Assembly: GCA_041746575.1 (NCBI GenBank)
Contig: JBGTGT010000133.1
Location: 1-64,000 of the forward strand
Origin: Microcystaceae cyanobacterium
GTDB lineage: Bacteria; Cyanobacteriota; Cyanobacteriia; Cyanobacteriales; Microcystaceae
Direction: 5' to 3'
DNA: 64,000 nt
The notes under the pieces are model-generated. The model searched no databases. It had not been told where the DNA came from and saw only the letters and a list, made by a program, of their open reading frames with translations. The position numbers and the translations under genes were made by a program. Positions 44,721 to 54,393 of this stretch are shown in pieces; within the stretch, counting starts at the first letter, position 1; each line of letters starts with the position of its first letter.

Positions 44721-44912
44721 AACAAGCTTCCTTTCTACCAGAGGGGCAACGAGCTATGACTCTTATACAGCAGGCTATTTAGCTCCATCATTACCCCGTC
44801 ATTAGCTCAAGTTAAAGCGATTATCCCTCAAATTGGAATGAGGCTTTGCAGGCTTATTTGAGACAGCAGAAAGAACAAGAAAGAAAACAACGAATCGCTT
44901 TCTTCCTTAAGA

Positions 44913-45629
44913 TTAACTCCAAGTTAAAAAGTGTTCTTGTGTTAAGTATTTAGGTCTAAGTGCTTTTTGAATATACATTTTTTGATGTTCCTCTTGAGTA
45001 AAAGGAGCATAGTTCTTGTACGATAAAAGTTTAGCTCCTTTGTCAATAATACATTCTTTTTTACTTTCAAAATCACTAATTTTAAAAACTGTAGTGGTAT
45101 CCACTTTTGCGCCCCCAAAGAAAGTTTCGGTTTCACCCTTTATCTTATCATTGGTCTTAAAATCAAAATAACCTGAAGATGTTTCACCAAATTCATCTTC
45201 TAACACGCCCGAAAAATCTATTCTTTCAACTTTCCATGTCTCTGGATCAAGCTTAGTTTTGTCTGTAAGAGGTATTTTTTTTGACATCCAAGGCTTTCCT
45301 TGACCATTGAAATTATCATATTCTTGATCAGCACTGTCACAATTGCTATCTTGCCATGTAAATTTTATAAAACTATCTTTAGCACTAAATGGATCTTTCT
45401 TGATGCTAAAAACAGCATTTATAGTTACCATATCAAGTTTAGGGACTCCTTTTTTCTGGGCCTCATCTATACATCCATCTTTAGTAGCATCGTTCTCTAA
45501 GTAAGTTGAGTTTCCCATAAAACTAAATGAGCCATTGAGTGTTGTTGCTTGTGCAGGCTGAGCAATAATAGCGGATACAAGCAATGCAGAAGTGATATGA
45601 ACAACGCAATTAATTGGAAAAACTTTCAT
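44913..45629 (-). CDS. Hypothetical secreted protein (AT-rich orphan)
   Basis: Signal peptide ending AQPAQA; K/D/F-rich mature region; no family recognised. Confidence 0.7.
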   Translation of the reverse strand: MKVFPINCVVHITSALLVSAIIAQPAQATTLNGSFSFMGNSTYLENDATKDGCIDEAQKKGVPKLDMVTINAVFSIKKDPFSAKDSFIKFTWQDSNCDSADQEYDNFNGQGKPWMSKKIPLTDKTKLDPETWKVERIDFSGVLEDEFGETSSGYFDFKTNDKIKGETETFFGGAKVDTTTVFKISDFESKKECIIDKGAKLLSYKNYAPFTQEEHQKMYIQKALRPKYLTQEHFLTWS

Positions 45630-45946
45630 GGTAATTATTAAGAAAAACAACTTGAGCTTTAACTTGATTGTTGACTACTCACTAATTACTCAGAAGAAAA
45701 AACGTACTTTGTGACACTTCGACTAAAATTTGTTACAAAACGCAATGTAAACAGCTAAAACTTAGGGTTTCTTCATTTTCCCAATAAATATACTAAATTT
45801 TGTATTTTCTTTGTCACGGGGTTGTCACTCCATCAGGAAGGTCAGTTTAACTCCTTTTTAGGACAAGAAAAAACAAAGGGTGGACATCTTTGCATTCATT
45901 CACTTTAAGATAAATTTATGATAAAGACAGAGAGGATACGCCATCA

Positions 45947-46642
45947 ATGATCGATCTCTACTATTGGGCAACGCCGAATGGGCATAAAATCACCATTTTT
46001 CTCAAAGAAACTGACCTCCCTTACCGACTTCATCCCGTTAACATCGCCAATGGAGAACAATTTGACCCTGATTTCCTGAAGATTTCTCCTAATAATCGCA
46101 TTCCTGCGATCGTAGATCTTAACCCAACGGAGGGGGATGAACCGATTAGTGTGTTTGAATCGGGGGCAATTCTGCAATATCTAGCGGAAAAAACAGGACA
46201 ATTTCTTCCTAATGATGTCAGGGGACGATTTGAGGTCATGCAGTGGCTATTTTGGCAAATGGGGGGACTTGGCCCCATGCTTGGACAAAATCATCATTTT
46301 GTCAGTTATGCGCCCGAAAAGATACCTTATGCTATTAATCGCTATGTCAAAGAAACTGAAAGACTTTACGGGGTGTTAGATGAATGTTTGAGCAACAGGG
46401 CGTTTATCGCAGGTGACTACTCGATCGCAGATATGGCCGTTTATCCTTGGATTGTTCCCCATCAGCAACAGCAACAAAACCTTGAGGAATTTCCCCATCT
46501 CAAACGCTGGTTTGAAACGCTCAAGGTGCGTACTGCCGTTCAAAAGGCTTATACCGTTGCAGAGTCCCTAAAAACAGAGGCAACGATGACCGAAGATGCT
46601 AAAAAGATTCTTTTTGGTCAAGGAAAACGCCAAAAACATTAA
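45947..46642 (+). CDS. Glutathione S-transferase (YfcG/Nu-class-like)
   Basis: MIDLYYWATPNGHKI, ISPNNRIPAI, FESGAIL and WQMGGLGPM motifs. Confidence 0.93.
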   Translation: MIDLYYWATPNGHKITIFLKETDLPYRLHPVNIANGEQFDPDFLKISPNNRIPAIVDLNPTEGDEPISVFESGAILQYLAEKTGQFLPNDVRGRFEVMQWLFWQMGGLGPMLGQNHHFVSYAPEKIPYAINRYVKETERLYGVLDECLSNRAFIAGDYSIADMAVYPWIVPHQQQQQNLEEFPHLKRWFETLKVRTAVQKAYTVAESLKTEATMTEDAKKILFGQGKRQKH

Positions 46643-48057
46643 TGTTCCGTCTCATCCGATCTCGTATCGTCACCCTGCTCGCTGTTTGCGGGGGATGGGG
46701 GTAAATTTTGCACAATTCTCGCCCCGTCACCCTGCCCGCCGTTTTCAGGGGATAGGGGCAAATCTCTGACAATGACTGTATAAATCTCTGTTGGCATTTC
46801 AATATTTGCTTTTTCTAAGGCTTCTTTAATCGCTTGAGCAACGTCAGATGTAATATTTAAAAATCCTGCGCGACGGGAATCTACCCAAAAGCGTACCTCT
46901 AAATTGACCGTACTCGCTCCTAATTCCCGCACTAATACATCTGGGAGAGGGGTGTTTTCCACCTGTGACAAAGTTTCTAGGGTTTGATGAATGACAGCTT
47001 TGGCTTGATTAATTTCTTCTTGGTAATCAATCCCCACCATTAAAGAACTTCGACGACGAGGAGAAGCCGTATTGTTAATAATACTGGCTTGAAAGACCTC
47101 CTGATTGGGAATATATACCAAACGCCCATCATAGGTTCTTAAAGTCGTCGCCCGCAACTGAATTTGCGTAATCGTACCTTCATAATCCCCAATAACGACT
47201 TGATCGTTAATCCGAAAAGGATGCGCCGCTAGTAAAATGACCCCAGAAATGTAATTACTCAAAACATCCTTAAGACTAAACCCGATGGCGACGCTGGTTA
47301 AACCTAAAGCCCCTAACATTGCGCCAAAATCCAGCCCTAAAACCCCCAGCGCAATAACGCTACCCATTACCCAAACGGCACCGTAACTGAGCCTTCCTAC
47401 CAAAATTTCTGCACTCGAATCCCCTTCAGTCTGTTTTGCCCATGTAAATGCCACATAGCGCACCCCTTTCGCCACGCCCCAAGTCATGCCAGCGACAATA
47501 ATTGCCCCTACCAACGCCGGAAGATGATCAATGGTATTGCGAAGAAATTGACGAACCGTTTCATAGAGTCGTTGCCCAACATCAATCGCTAAAGGGGGCT
47601 TATCAAAGGCACGATTGAGCTTTTCTGACCACTGTTTTGCCAATTCTTCGGCGGATAAGCCAAAATCAAGGGCATCCTGCTCTGTTACCGTCATTAAAAC
47701 CCGATTATTGAGTTGTAAAGTAGACAGTTTGCGAGAAGCGTCCGATTTAACAGTAACTTTGTCAATCGGGTCAGATTGCACCAAAAGACTAGCAATACGG
47801 CGATTAATAATGGCCGCTCGCTCCCTTGCACTCACTTTTGCCAAACCGCCCACTTGAAAAATAGGCCGTCCCCGAACGAGAATATCAGAAAAATACAAAC
47901 CCTCTTCAGGCGGATTGACTTCTACGATCGGGGGTGGGGGACTTGGGTCTTCTTCTTGAGTTAGAGCGACGGGAAGATTAATCCAGATAATTCCTGTAAT
48001 CCAGAGAGAAACAGAGAATAAGGGGAAATAAAATCTTATTAAGCCACGTACTTTCAT
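46639..48057 (-). CDS. mscS: MscS-family channel with N-terminal periplasmic extension
   Basis: Signal peptide and periplasmic domain; GFSLKDVLSNYISG, PFRINDQV, YIPN and ELGASTV motifs. Confidence 0.9.
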   Translation of the reverse strand: MKVRGLIRFYFPLFSVSLWITGIIWINLPVALTQEEDPSPPPPIVEVNPPEEGLYFSDILVRGRPIFQVGGLAKVSARERAAIINRRIASLLVQSDPIDKVTVKSDASRKLSTLQLNNRVLMTVTEQDALDFGLSAEELAKQWSEKLNRAFDKPPLAIDVGQRLYETVRQFLRNTIDHLPALVGAIIVAGMTWGVAKGVRYVAFTWAKQTEGDSSAEILVGRLSYGAVWVMGSVIALGVLGLDFGAMLGALGLTSVAIGFSLKDVLSNYISGVILLAAHPFRINDQVVIGDYEGTITQIQLRATTLRTYDGRLVYIPNQEVFQASIINNTASPRRRSSLMVGIDYQEEINQAKAVIHQTLETLSQVENTPLPDVLVRELGASTVNLEVRFWVDSRRAGFLNITSDVAQAIKEALEKANIEMPTEIYTVIVRDLPLSPENGGQGDGARIVQNLPPSPANSEQGDDTRSDETEH

Positions 48058-48288
48058 CAGCTTATCGTTATCGTTAGTTTTTTAAAGTTTATTTTAGGGC
48101 TAAAGCCCCCACAACGAAATTACAGCAGTTTGCGACTTAATGATCTCAAATTCGGTTAAATACCCGTAGTCAATCAATAGAACTGAATACGAGGTAAAAG
48201 GATTGAAAATTTGAAGCAGGAGGTAACACCCTTATTTAAAGTCTTCCCCCCATCGGTTTAACGGTCACAGGGCGGTGGAATTTATTAC

Positions 48289-49296
48289 CTATTTTGACTG
48301 ACTGTTACGAGAAGTCTCTTGATTAGAGTAGGTTTTAACATTCAGAATCGCTTGAGCGGCATATTGATCGTTAGGACGTTCATTGAGAGCTTGTTGAAAC
48401 AAATTAATCGCCCTTGGGTAGTTTTCTTGTTCTGTGGCATCGTAACCTAATCTCATATAGCGATCATAGGATGATTCTTGCTCAGTTCCCGTTTGTTCAT
48501 CTTTGTTCATACTATCTCTGATATTCCAGAAAGCGATCGTCGCTTGTCTATCATTAGGACGTTCATAAAGCGCACTTCTAAAATGACTCATTGCCATCGT
48601 ATAATCTTCCCGTTTTTGTGCCGCATAACCGAGTCTCATGTAGCGATCATAAGGACGTTCTCCCACATATAAAATCGGTATTGAAAGGGAATCTTTTGGG
48701 CTAATTTCTTCTCCTCGATTGAGATAGGTTTGAACATTGCGAATGGCTTGGGTGGCATAATAATCTTCAGGACGTTCAACTAGGGCTTGATTAAAGTTTT
48801 TTAGTGCCATTTGATAATCCCCTTGGGCAGTGGCATCATAGCCTTTTTCCATGGAGCGATCATAATCACTTTCTGCGGTAACTGAATCTTGATCTTGACG
48901 CTCATTAATGACATTACGGGTATTCCAATAGGCGATCGTTGCATCCCGATCTTGGGGAACTTCATAAAGCGCATTCCGAAAATAAGAAGCGGCAAGTTCA
49001 TAATTTTCCTTTTGAGCCGCCGAATATCCTAAGCGCATATAGCGATCATAACTGGATTCTTCGGCAGCTTTCTCGACATTATCGCTGATATTAGAGGGTT
49101 TTTGATTTGGATTGGATGAATCTTGATTCGGTTGCTCAGTAGGAAGATCGGTGGGAAGAACCGCCGGGGACACTTGAGGATATTGGGAATTTTGCCGGTT
49201 AGGAAGAGGAGATTCTTGGGCTAAGACAGGGCTTATTGATGACAAGGAAACAACCATCAATACAGCAGATAAAAATTCAAAGTTTTTGTGCTTCAT
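48289..49296 (-). CDS. Exported TPR-like repeat protein
   Basis: Signal peptide and Pro/Gln/Asn linker, then four YDRxMxxGY...A...F..AL.E.P.D..A..A..N repeats. Confidence 0.85.
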   Translation of the reverse strand: MKHKNFEFLSAVLMVVSLSSISPVLAQESPLPNRQNSQYPQVSPAVLPTDLPTEQPNQDSSNPNQKPSNISDNVEKAAEESSYDRYMRLGYSAAQKENYELAASYFRNALYEVPQDRDATIAYWNTRNVINERQDQDSVTAESDYDRSMEKGYDATAQGDYQMALKNFNQALVERPEDYYATQAIRNVQTYLNRGEEISPKDSLSIPILYVGERPYDRYMRLGYAAQKREDYTMAMSHFRSALYERPNDRQATIAFWNIRDSMNKDEQTGTEQESSYDRYMRLGYDATEQENYPRAINLFQQALNERPNDQYAAQAILNVKTYSNQETSRNSQSK

Positions 49297-49570
49297 ATTT
49301 CTTAAACTCCTAATTTATAAACTTGTTTCTACTTCTAGACTCGCAAAAAATACAGACTAAAATCATCCTTCAAATGAAAGAAATTATAAGAGACTTAACC
49401 AACCACAGTATGAGTCTGAGCAATTTCCGATTGCTTACCTTCTCTCTATTTCTCTCAGAAAATAAAGAGAATCAATCTTTGCTTGAAACAATAATAAAGG
49501 ACGCAAATTGTCTTGCGCCCTAACAGAGTGATTAATTAAGTTGGAAAGAAGAATGATTAAAAAATTAGAT

Positions 49571-52500
49571 TTAACCTCCCACAGCCAATATTCCTGCCCC
49601 AGCAGACGCAATCGCCGAGATTAACGCTGTTGAAAATAGCCACCATGCCGCCACAGCTGCCGCTTTTCGAGTGGCTTCGGCTTGTTTTTGAGCTTCTTCT
49701 TTTACTCTCTCAAGTTGAAGTCTTGCAGTCTGTTGAATTCGTTCAGCGCGTTGTAACAGACGATCGCGGGTGTGCTCTACTTGGGCAACCATCCGTTCTG
49801 CCTCCGCCGGCGAAATATCGTCACGGGACTGTAAAATAGCGACAACCGTATCCCGATTAACCTGAGAAAAGCGATCGCGTAAGGCGTCAAATCCCGCTTG
49901 AGGATCATCCATTAGCGTTTGTAAGTCGTCCCGAATGCCACCGTAATTAAGTTCAGGACGCTCTAAACTGTCGAGATAAATGCGGATTTTATCTAAAATA
50001 CGGTTAATTGCTCCTTGTACTTGTTGTTGGATCGCTTCTATTTGTTGAACTGCTTGATTACGCACTTCTAAGATGCGATCAATAATCCGATTGACCTCTT
50101 CCTCCGAAATATCATCCCGTTGAGACAATAACGCCACCAGTGTGTCTCGATCAAAGTAGGACAAGCGTTCTTGGAGACTTTCGAGTCCCATTTTCGGATC
50201 ATGGAGAAGTAACTGCACGTCTCGTTTAATCCCTGCGGGACTGAGTTCTTCTCGGTCCGTAGAGCGCAGATAATCAGCTAAAGTGGCTTGAAATTCCTGA
50301 ACTTGGCGACCGGTTCGTCTTGCCAATCGTTGCGGGGCTTGCGCCCAACTGTGTAAAGTACCAGTCACATCATCAATGATACGATTGACATCGGCTTCAC
50401 TCAAATCTCGGCGTTGACTGAGTAATTGCACCAATGTATCGCGATCCATCATTGCTAATCGCTGTTTAATGGCTTCCGCACCCATTTGTGGATCTTCAAG
50501 GAGGAGAGTTAAATCTCGTTGAATGCCTTCTGGGTTAAGTTCAGTCTTGTTGGTTTGTCTCAAATAATCGGCAATTCCTGAGGTAACTTTTTCGTATTGC
50601 TGTTCCACTTGTCCAGTCAATTTTGCAGGAATAGAACGAATAGAAGTCCAATTTTCTTCAACTTTGTCAAGAACTTCATTGATTTGTTCTTCACTCAAGT
50701 CTTGGCGTTGATTCAGCAGTTGTACTAAAGTATCTCTATCAAAACGAGATGAGCGGTTGCGCAAGGCGGCCATGCCTAAAGAGGGATCATCTAAAAATAA
50801 TTGAAGTTCCCGTTGGATGTCATTCGGATTGAGTTCGTCTTTACCCGTATCTTTAAGATAAGCTTTGACTTTTAGCCATTGTTGTTCAATTTTCCCTTGG
50901 ATAGCGGCTTGATTGTCTTGGGACTCTTGGATCACTTGATCTCGTACTCTCTCAACGTTAGAAACAACAAAAACCCTTTCTCCAATTTCAATATCGTGGC
51001 GTTTTTCTAGCATCCGTTCGAGAGTCGGATAATCGAGTTGTGTCAGACGATGCCGGAGTCGGTCTATCTCCGTATCTGCATCTTCTAAGATAGGTTTGAA
51101 GATAATTTGCACTTTTTCGGCATCTAATAGGTCTTCTTTGGACGTATTTGAAAGATGTTGTTCTACATCAGTCAAGAGAGCGATCGCTTTTTTCCGTTCA
51201 ATAGCCGCCTGTGCTGTATTTAGAACTTCTAGGCGGATTTCTTCGAGGGCATTCGCCGTTTTTTGGATTTTTGCTTGGGTTAAGAGTCCTTTTTCTTTCA
51301 GGAGTGCCACAAAAGTAGAACGAGAAATCGACTCTAATTCTCCCACCGTTACTTCAGGAGAGGCATCAGGATCATAAAGCAGGTTGCGGAATTCACGGTT
51401 GAGGATGTCCGATCTTAATTGCCACGGATAGGTATTAAGCAGATAAGCTTTAATATCGGCTTTTATCGCTTCGTCATTGGTCGTTTCGCCTTTTGTGACT
51501 TGATTGGCCAGTTTATTCGTCTGTTCTCCTAATCCTTCTTTGATTTGATTAATTTGATCGACAATTTTATCAACATCTAATTGCGAAAGATCCGTTCTTC
51601 CCATCGCCAAACTGATTAGGGTATTCATCCCCATCGTTAGACTCTGTGTCAGCCAATTAGATGAGTCAGAAGAGCTAGGTTTTCGGACTTCTTTAACTAA
51701 TTTAGTTAATTTGTCAGTAAATTCGCTTCCTAATAGTTGCTCACTCGGCGCTGTTTTAATGTAGTCCCCTAACTCTCCTATATCATTTTTGGAGGTGGGT
51801 AAAGATTGGGTGATATTGCGCCAAACCGATTCCAGTTTATCTGCCACACGGTTAATATCTTTTTGGGAGAAATCACTTCGATGAGCGATTAATTCGACAA
51901 AAGTTTGACGATCAAGAGAGGGAATTTGTCCAGTTTGGGCAATTTTCTTTAATTCGTCTTGATCTAAGAGTTTTTCAAAGTCAGCGGCCAATTTATCAAA
52001 ATCAAGAGACTGAGGACGCACTTTGGTAAAATAATCTTCTAAATTCTCTCGTACTGTAACCGGATCGAGTGCCGCTCCTAATTCTCGACGGATAGCGGCG
52101 ACTGACGCTTCTGCTGTGTCTACCACTTCTTTTCTAATCGCTTTTGCCCCTAAGGCCGCAGTGGCTGTTCCCATCAAGGACTGAAAACCAGCGGTGGCCG
52201 CATTCACAACTGAACCGACCAAAGAGCCAATGGTAGCAGAACTCACGATCACTAAAAGGGAAAAATACGTCCCCCAAATCACCAAACCGACGATTGCGCC
52301 CGATAACGGAGAGATAAATAAACTGAGTTTAACGGCTAATAAAGAAGCAAAAAATAGGGCAACGGTCACACTTATCAATGTGCCTAATCCTAATACTAAA
52401 CTAATGTTATGGAGAGTATCGCCAAAACTATCTTCATTTTCATTTTCTTCTGAGGATGACCCTCCTGCTAAAGAAATGCCAGCCGCCACCCCTAAATTGG

Positions 52501-52666
52501 TCAAGAGTAATTGAAAGGCAAAAGCTAAAACAACGCCAGCCACTAAGGCGGTAAAAAATTGCGGGCCACTAAACACTAAGGCCGCATCTTCCGGCGAATT
52601 GACAACTGGTTCATTTAAAACTTGCGCTAACAGAGGAGCGATTGAATTGAGCATCATGATCTTCAT
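49571..52666 (-). CDS. Large membrane protein with ~100-aa helical repeats
   Basis: N-terminal TM bundle, repeated YL......EL.P..I.RDL..LL.DP..G...L..R....DRDTLV.LL.QR.D.SE, and a C-terminal TM (AWWLF). Confidence 0.85.
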   Translation of the reverse strand: MKIMMLNSIAPLLAQVLNEPVVNSPEDAALVFSGPQFFTALVAGVVLAFAFQLLLTNLGVAAGISLAGGSSSEENENEDSFGDTLHNISLVLGLGTLISVTVALFFASLLAVKLSLFISPLSGAIVGLVIWGTYFSLLVIVSSATIGSLVGSVVNAATAGFQSLMGTATAALGAKAIRKEVVDTAEASVAAIRRELGAALDPVTVRENLEDYFTKVRPQSLDFDKLAADFEKLLDQDELKKIAQTGQIPSLDRQTFVELIAHRSDFSQKDINRVADKLESVWRNITQSLPTSKNDIGELGDYIKTAPSEQLLGSEFTDKLTKLVKEVRKPSSSDSSNWLTQSLTMGMNTLISLAMGRTDLSQLDVDKIVDQINQIKEGLGEQTNKLANQVTKGETTNDEAIKADIKAYLLNTYPWQLRSDILNREFRNLLYDPDASPEVTVGELESISRSTFVALLKEKGLLTQAKIQKTANALEEIRLEVLNTAQAAIERKKAIALLTDVEQHLSNTSKEDLLDAEKVQIIFKPILEDADTEIDRLRHRLTQLDYPTLERMLEKRHDIEIGERVFVVSNVERVRDQVIQESQDNQAAIQGKIEQQWLKVKAYLKDTGKDELNPNDIQRELQLFLDDPSLGMAALRNRSSRFDRDTLVQLLNQRQDLSEEQINEVLDKVEENWTSIRSIPAKLTGQVEQQYEKVTSGIADYLRQTNKTELNPEGIQRDLTLLLEDPQMGAEAIKQRLAMMDRDTLVQLLSQRRDLSEADVNRIIDDVTGTLHSWAQAPQRLARRTGRQVQEFQATLADYLRSTDREELSPAGIKRDVQLLLHDPKMGLESLQERLSYFDRDTLVALLSQRDDISEEEVNRIIDRILEVRNQAVQQIEAIQQQVQGAINRILDKIRIYLDSLERPELNYGGIRDDLQTLMDDPQAGFDALRDRFSQVNRDTVVAILQSRDDISPAEAERMVAQVEHTRDRLLQRAERIQQTARLQLERVKEEAQKQAEATRKAAAVAAWWLFSTALISAIASAGAGILAVGG

Positions 52667-52915
52667 TTTTGCAACTTAATTGAAGGAATTAACGTTATTC
52701 CTTAAATATCACAATCCTAGTTCAGCGTTTCTTTTATTTTCTCCCCAAAAAGAAAGATATTTTCTTTATCAATCTATATCAAAAGGTATGTGTTGTGATG
52801 GGATGGGTGCGAGGTGACTCACCTGCTTGCTCTATTCTGCCGAATTAACAGCCTATTGCCGATTGCCCCATCTTTATCTTAAGTTAAATTGACAGCGATT
52901 CTATGGACTAAAATT

Positions 52916-53497
52916 ATGGTGTTAACGCCTTCGACGATGCTTCCTTTGGGAACCCTTGCCCCTGATTTTGCGTTACCGGATACTGTAACGGGAAAAACGA
53001 TTTCACTAACGACATTTGAAGGCAAAGACGCTTTGCTGGTCATGTTTATTTGTCAGCATTGCCCTTTTGTGAAACATCTTCAGGTTGCATTGGCTAAACT
53101 GGGACAAGACTATCGAGATTACGCGTTAGGAATAGTGGCGATCTCTGCTAACGACGTTACCCATTACTCCAGCGATTCCCCTGAAAATCTCCAAAAAATG
53201 GCACAAAGCTTAGGATTTACCTTTCCGGTATGTTACGATGAAAGTCAAGCCGTGGCTAAAGCTTATACCGCCGCCTGTACCCCTGATTTTTTCTTATTTG
53301 ATGCTAATAGAATCCTTGTTTACCGTGGACAGTTCGATAGTAGTCGCCCCGGTAATGAAATTCCCGTCACGGGTGAAGATTTGCGACAGGCAATTGATAG
53401 TCTCTTAGCCGATGAATCAGTGAAAGAAGAACAAATTCCTAGTATTGGCTGTAATATTAAGTGGAAAAAGGGAAATGAACCTGATTACTTTGGTTAA
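52916..53497 (+). CDS. Thioredoxin-fold (AhpC/TSA-like) protein
   Basis: APDFALP, FICQHCPFV, ACTPDFFLFD, YRGQFD and PSIGCNIKW motifs. Confidence 0.9.
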   Translation: MVLTPSTMLPLGTLAPDFALPDTVTGKTISLTTFEGKDALLVMFICQHCPFVKHLQVALAKLGQDYRDYALGIVAISANDVTHYSSDSPENLQKMAQSLGFTFPVCYDESQAVAKAYTAACTPDFFLFDANRILVYRGQFDSSRPGNEIPVTGEDLRQAIDSLLADESVKEEQIPSIGCNIKWKKGNEPDYFG

Positions 53498-53620
53498 TAC
53501 GTTAATTCAGAACTTTATGTTTTTGTTAATCGTAAGCTCTTTCGGGTTGATGGCATTATTCAGAAACTTATGGTGATCGCCCTACGTCTCTAGCCTGTTA
53601 TTCTTTTAAAACGATACGCC

Positions 53621-54061
53621 ATGAAAGCTTTAGCATTCTTGATCTTGTTAACCGTTGCCCTGCCAATGGTTCGTCCGGCGATCGCTCAAGATCCCCCGGC
53701 AAAAACCTATCAACCCGGATTTTGGCAACCGGTGACTCGCTTTAATGCCGAACAGCCCGTTGAAGTGATCATTCAAAATAACACTGATATTCAGATTGAA
53801 TATGATATCACGGAACTAGAATCTACCAATCCCACATCCCTTCCTGCTGGCCAAACGGGAAGATTACAAGGGTTCGGCAATTCTGCTGTCATTGTAATTT
53901 ACTCTTTAGTTGATAGTAGTAGTGACTTTACCCTCCGTTTTGATGTTACAGTTGATGAGGCAAAAAATCTCGTCAATGTATCGGTTCTCAAAGAAAAGCC
54001 CACTTTTTTTGGTCATCGCGCCGTTAACTTACAAAAAACAGGGGCAGTTTTTGTCTATTAA
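53621..54061 (+). CDS. Hypothetical secreted protein
   Basis: Signal peptide ending PAIA; beta-rich mature part. Confidence 0.75.
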   Translation: MKALAFLILLTVALPMVRPAIAQDPPAKTYQPGFWQPVTRFNAEQPVEVIIQNNTDIQIEYDITELESTNPTSLPAGQTGRLQGFGNSAVIVIYSLVDSSSDFTLRFDVTVDEAKNLVNVSVLKEKPTFFGHRAVNLQKTGAVFVY

Positions 54062-54142
54062 AGGGTAAGGGATTGAACAAAGTTTCTCAAACCCTATAGA
54101 GATGTGCCATAAAACGTCTCTATTTTTTTTATTTTTCAAGAC

Positions 54143-54306
54143 AAAAAAAGCAGGTTTATCCTGCTTCTGTGTTGGGAGATACAAAGCGAATCTTAAAATG
54201 AGGAGAAAAAGATCATTGAGCCGATTAAGATATTATTTAAGATGCCCACCATCAATAGGGTTGAGAACATTAGCATCACTGGAAAAAGCTCAAGAGCGAT
54301 CCCTTG
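54143..54306 (-). ncRNA. Candidate sRNA or small-ORF transcript
   Basis: Minus-strand TTGCAA-17-CATAAT promoter (54341-54313) and terminator AAGCAGG-ataaa-CCTGCTT plus T-run (54166-54143), with no annotated minus-strand gene between them. Confidence 0.5.
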
Positions 54307-54393
54307 GTTCCTATTATGTAACAAAACATTACAAATTGCAAACTTTTTTGCAAGTTTATTGACATCCATTTTTTTGTATGATAATCATTAATC

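Noticed and set aside
44401..44900. Intact TnpB/omegaRNA system
   Set aside because: Only ~42 N-terminal codons with a frameshift; no nuclease domain or element end.
49323..49523. 66-aa plus-strand intergenic ORF
   Set aside because: TTG start, AT-rich and motif-free; it spans the probable promoter region of the minus-strand gene.
54318..54332. NtcA site (GTA...TAC) near the candidate sRNA promoter
   Set aside because: Spacing is N9, not N8; it is better read as a direct repeat.
54102..54362. 86-aa plus-strand ORF
   Set aside because: Runs through poly-T/poly-A tracts and a terminator hairpin, with non-coding-like composition.
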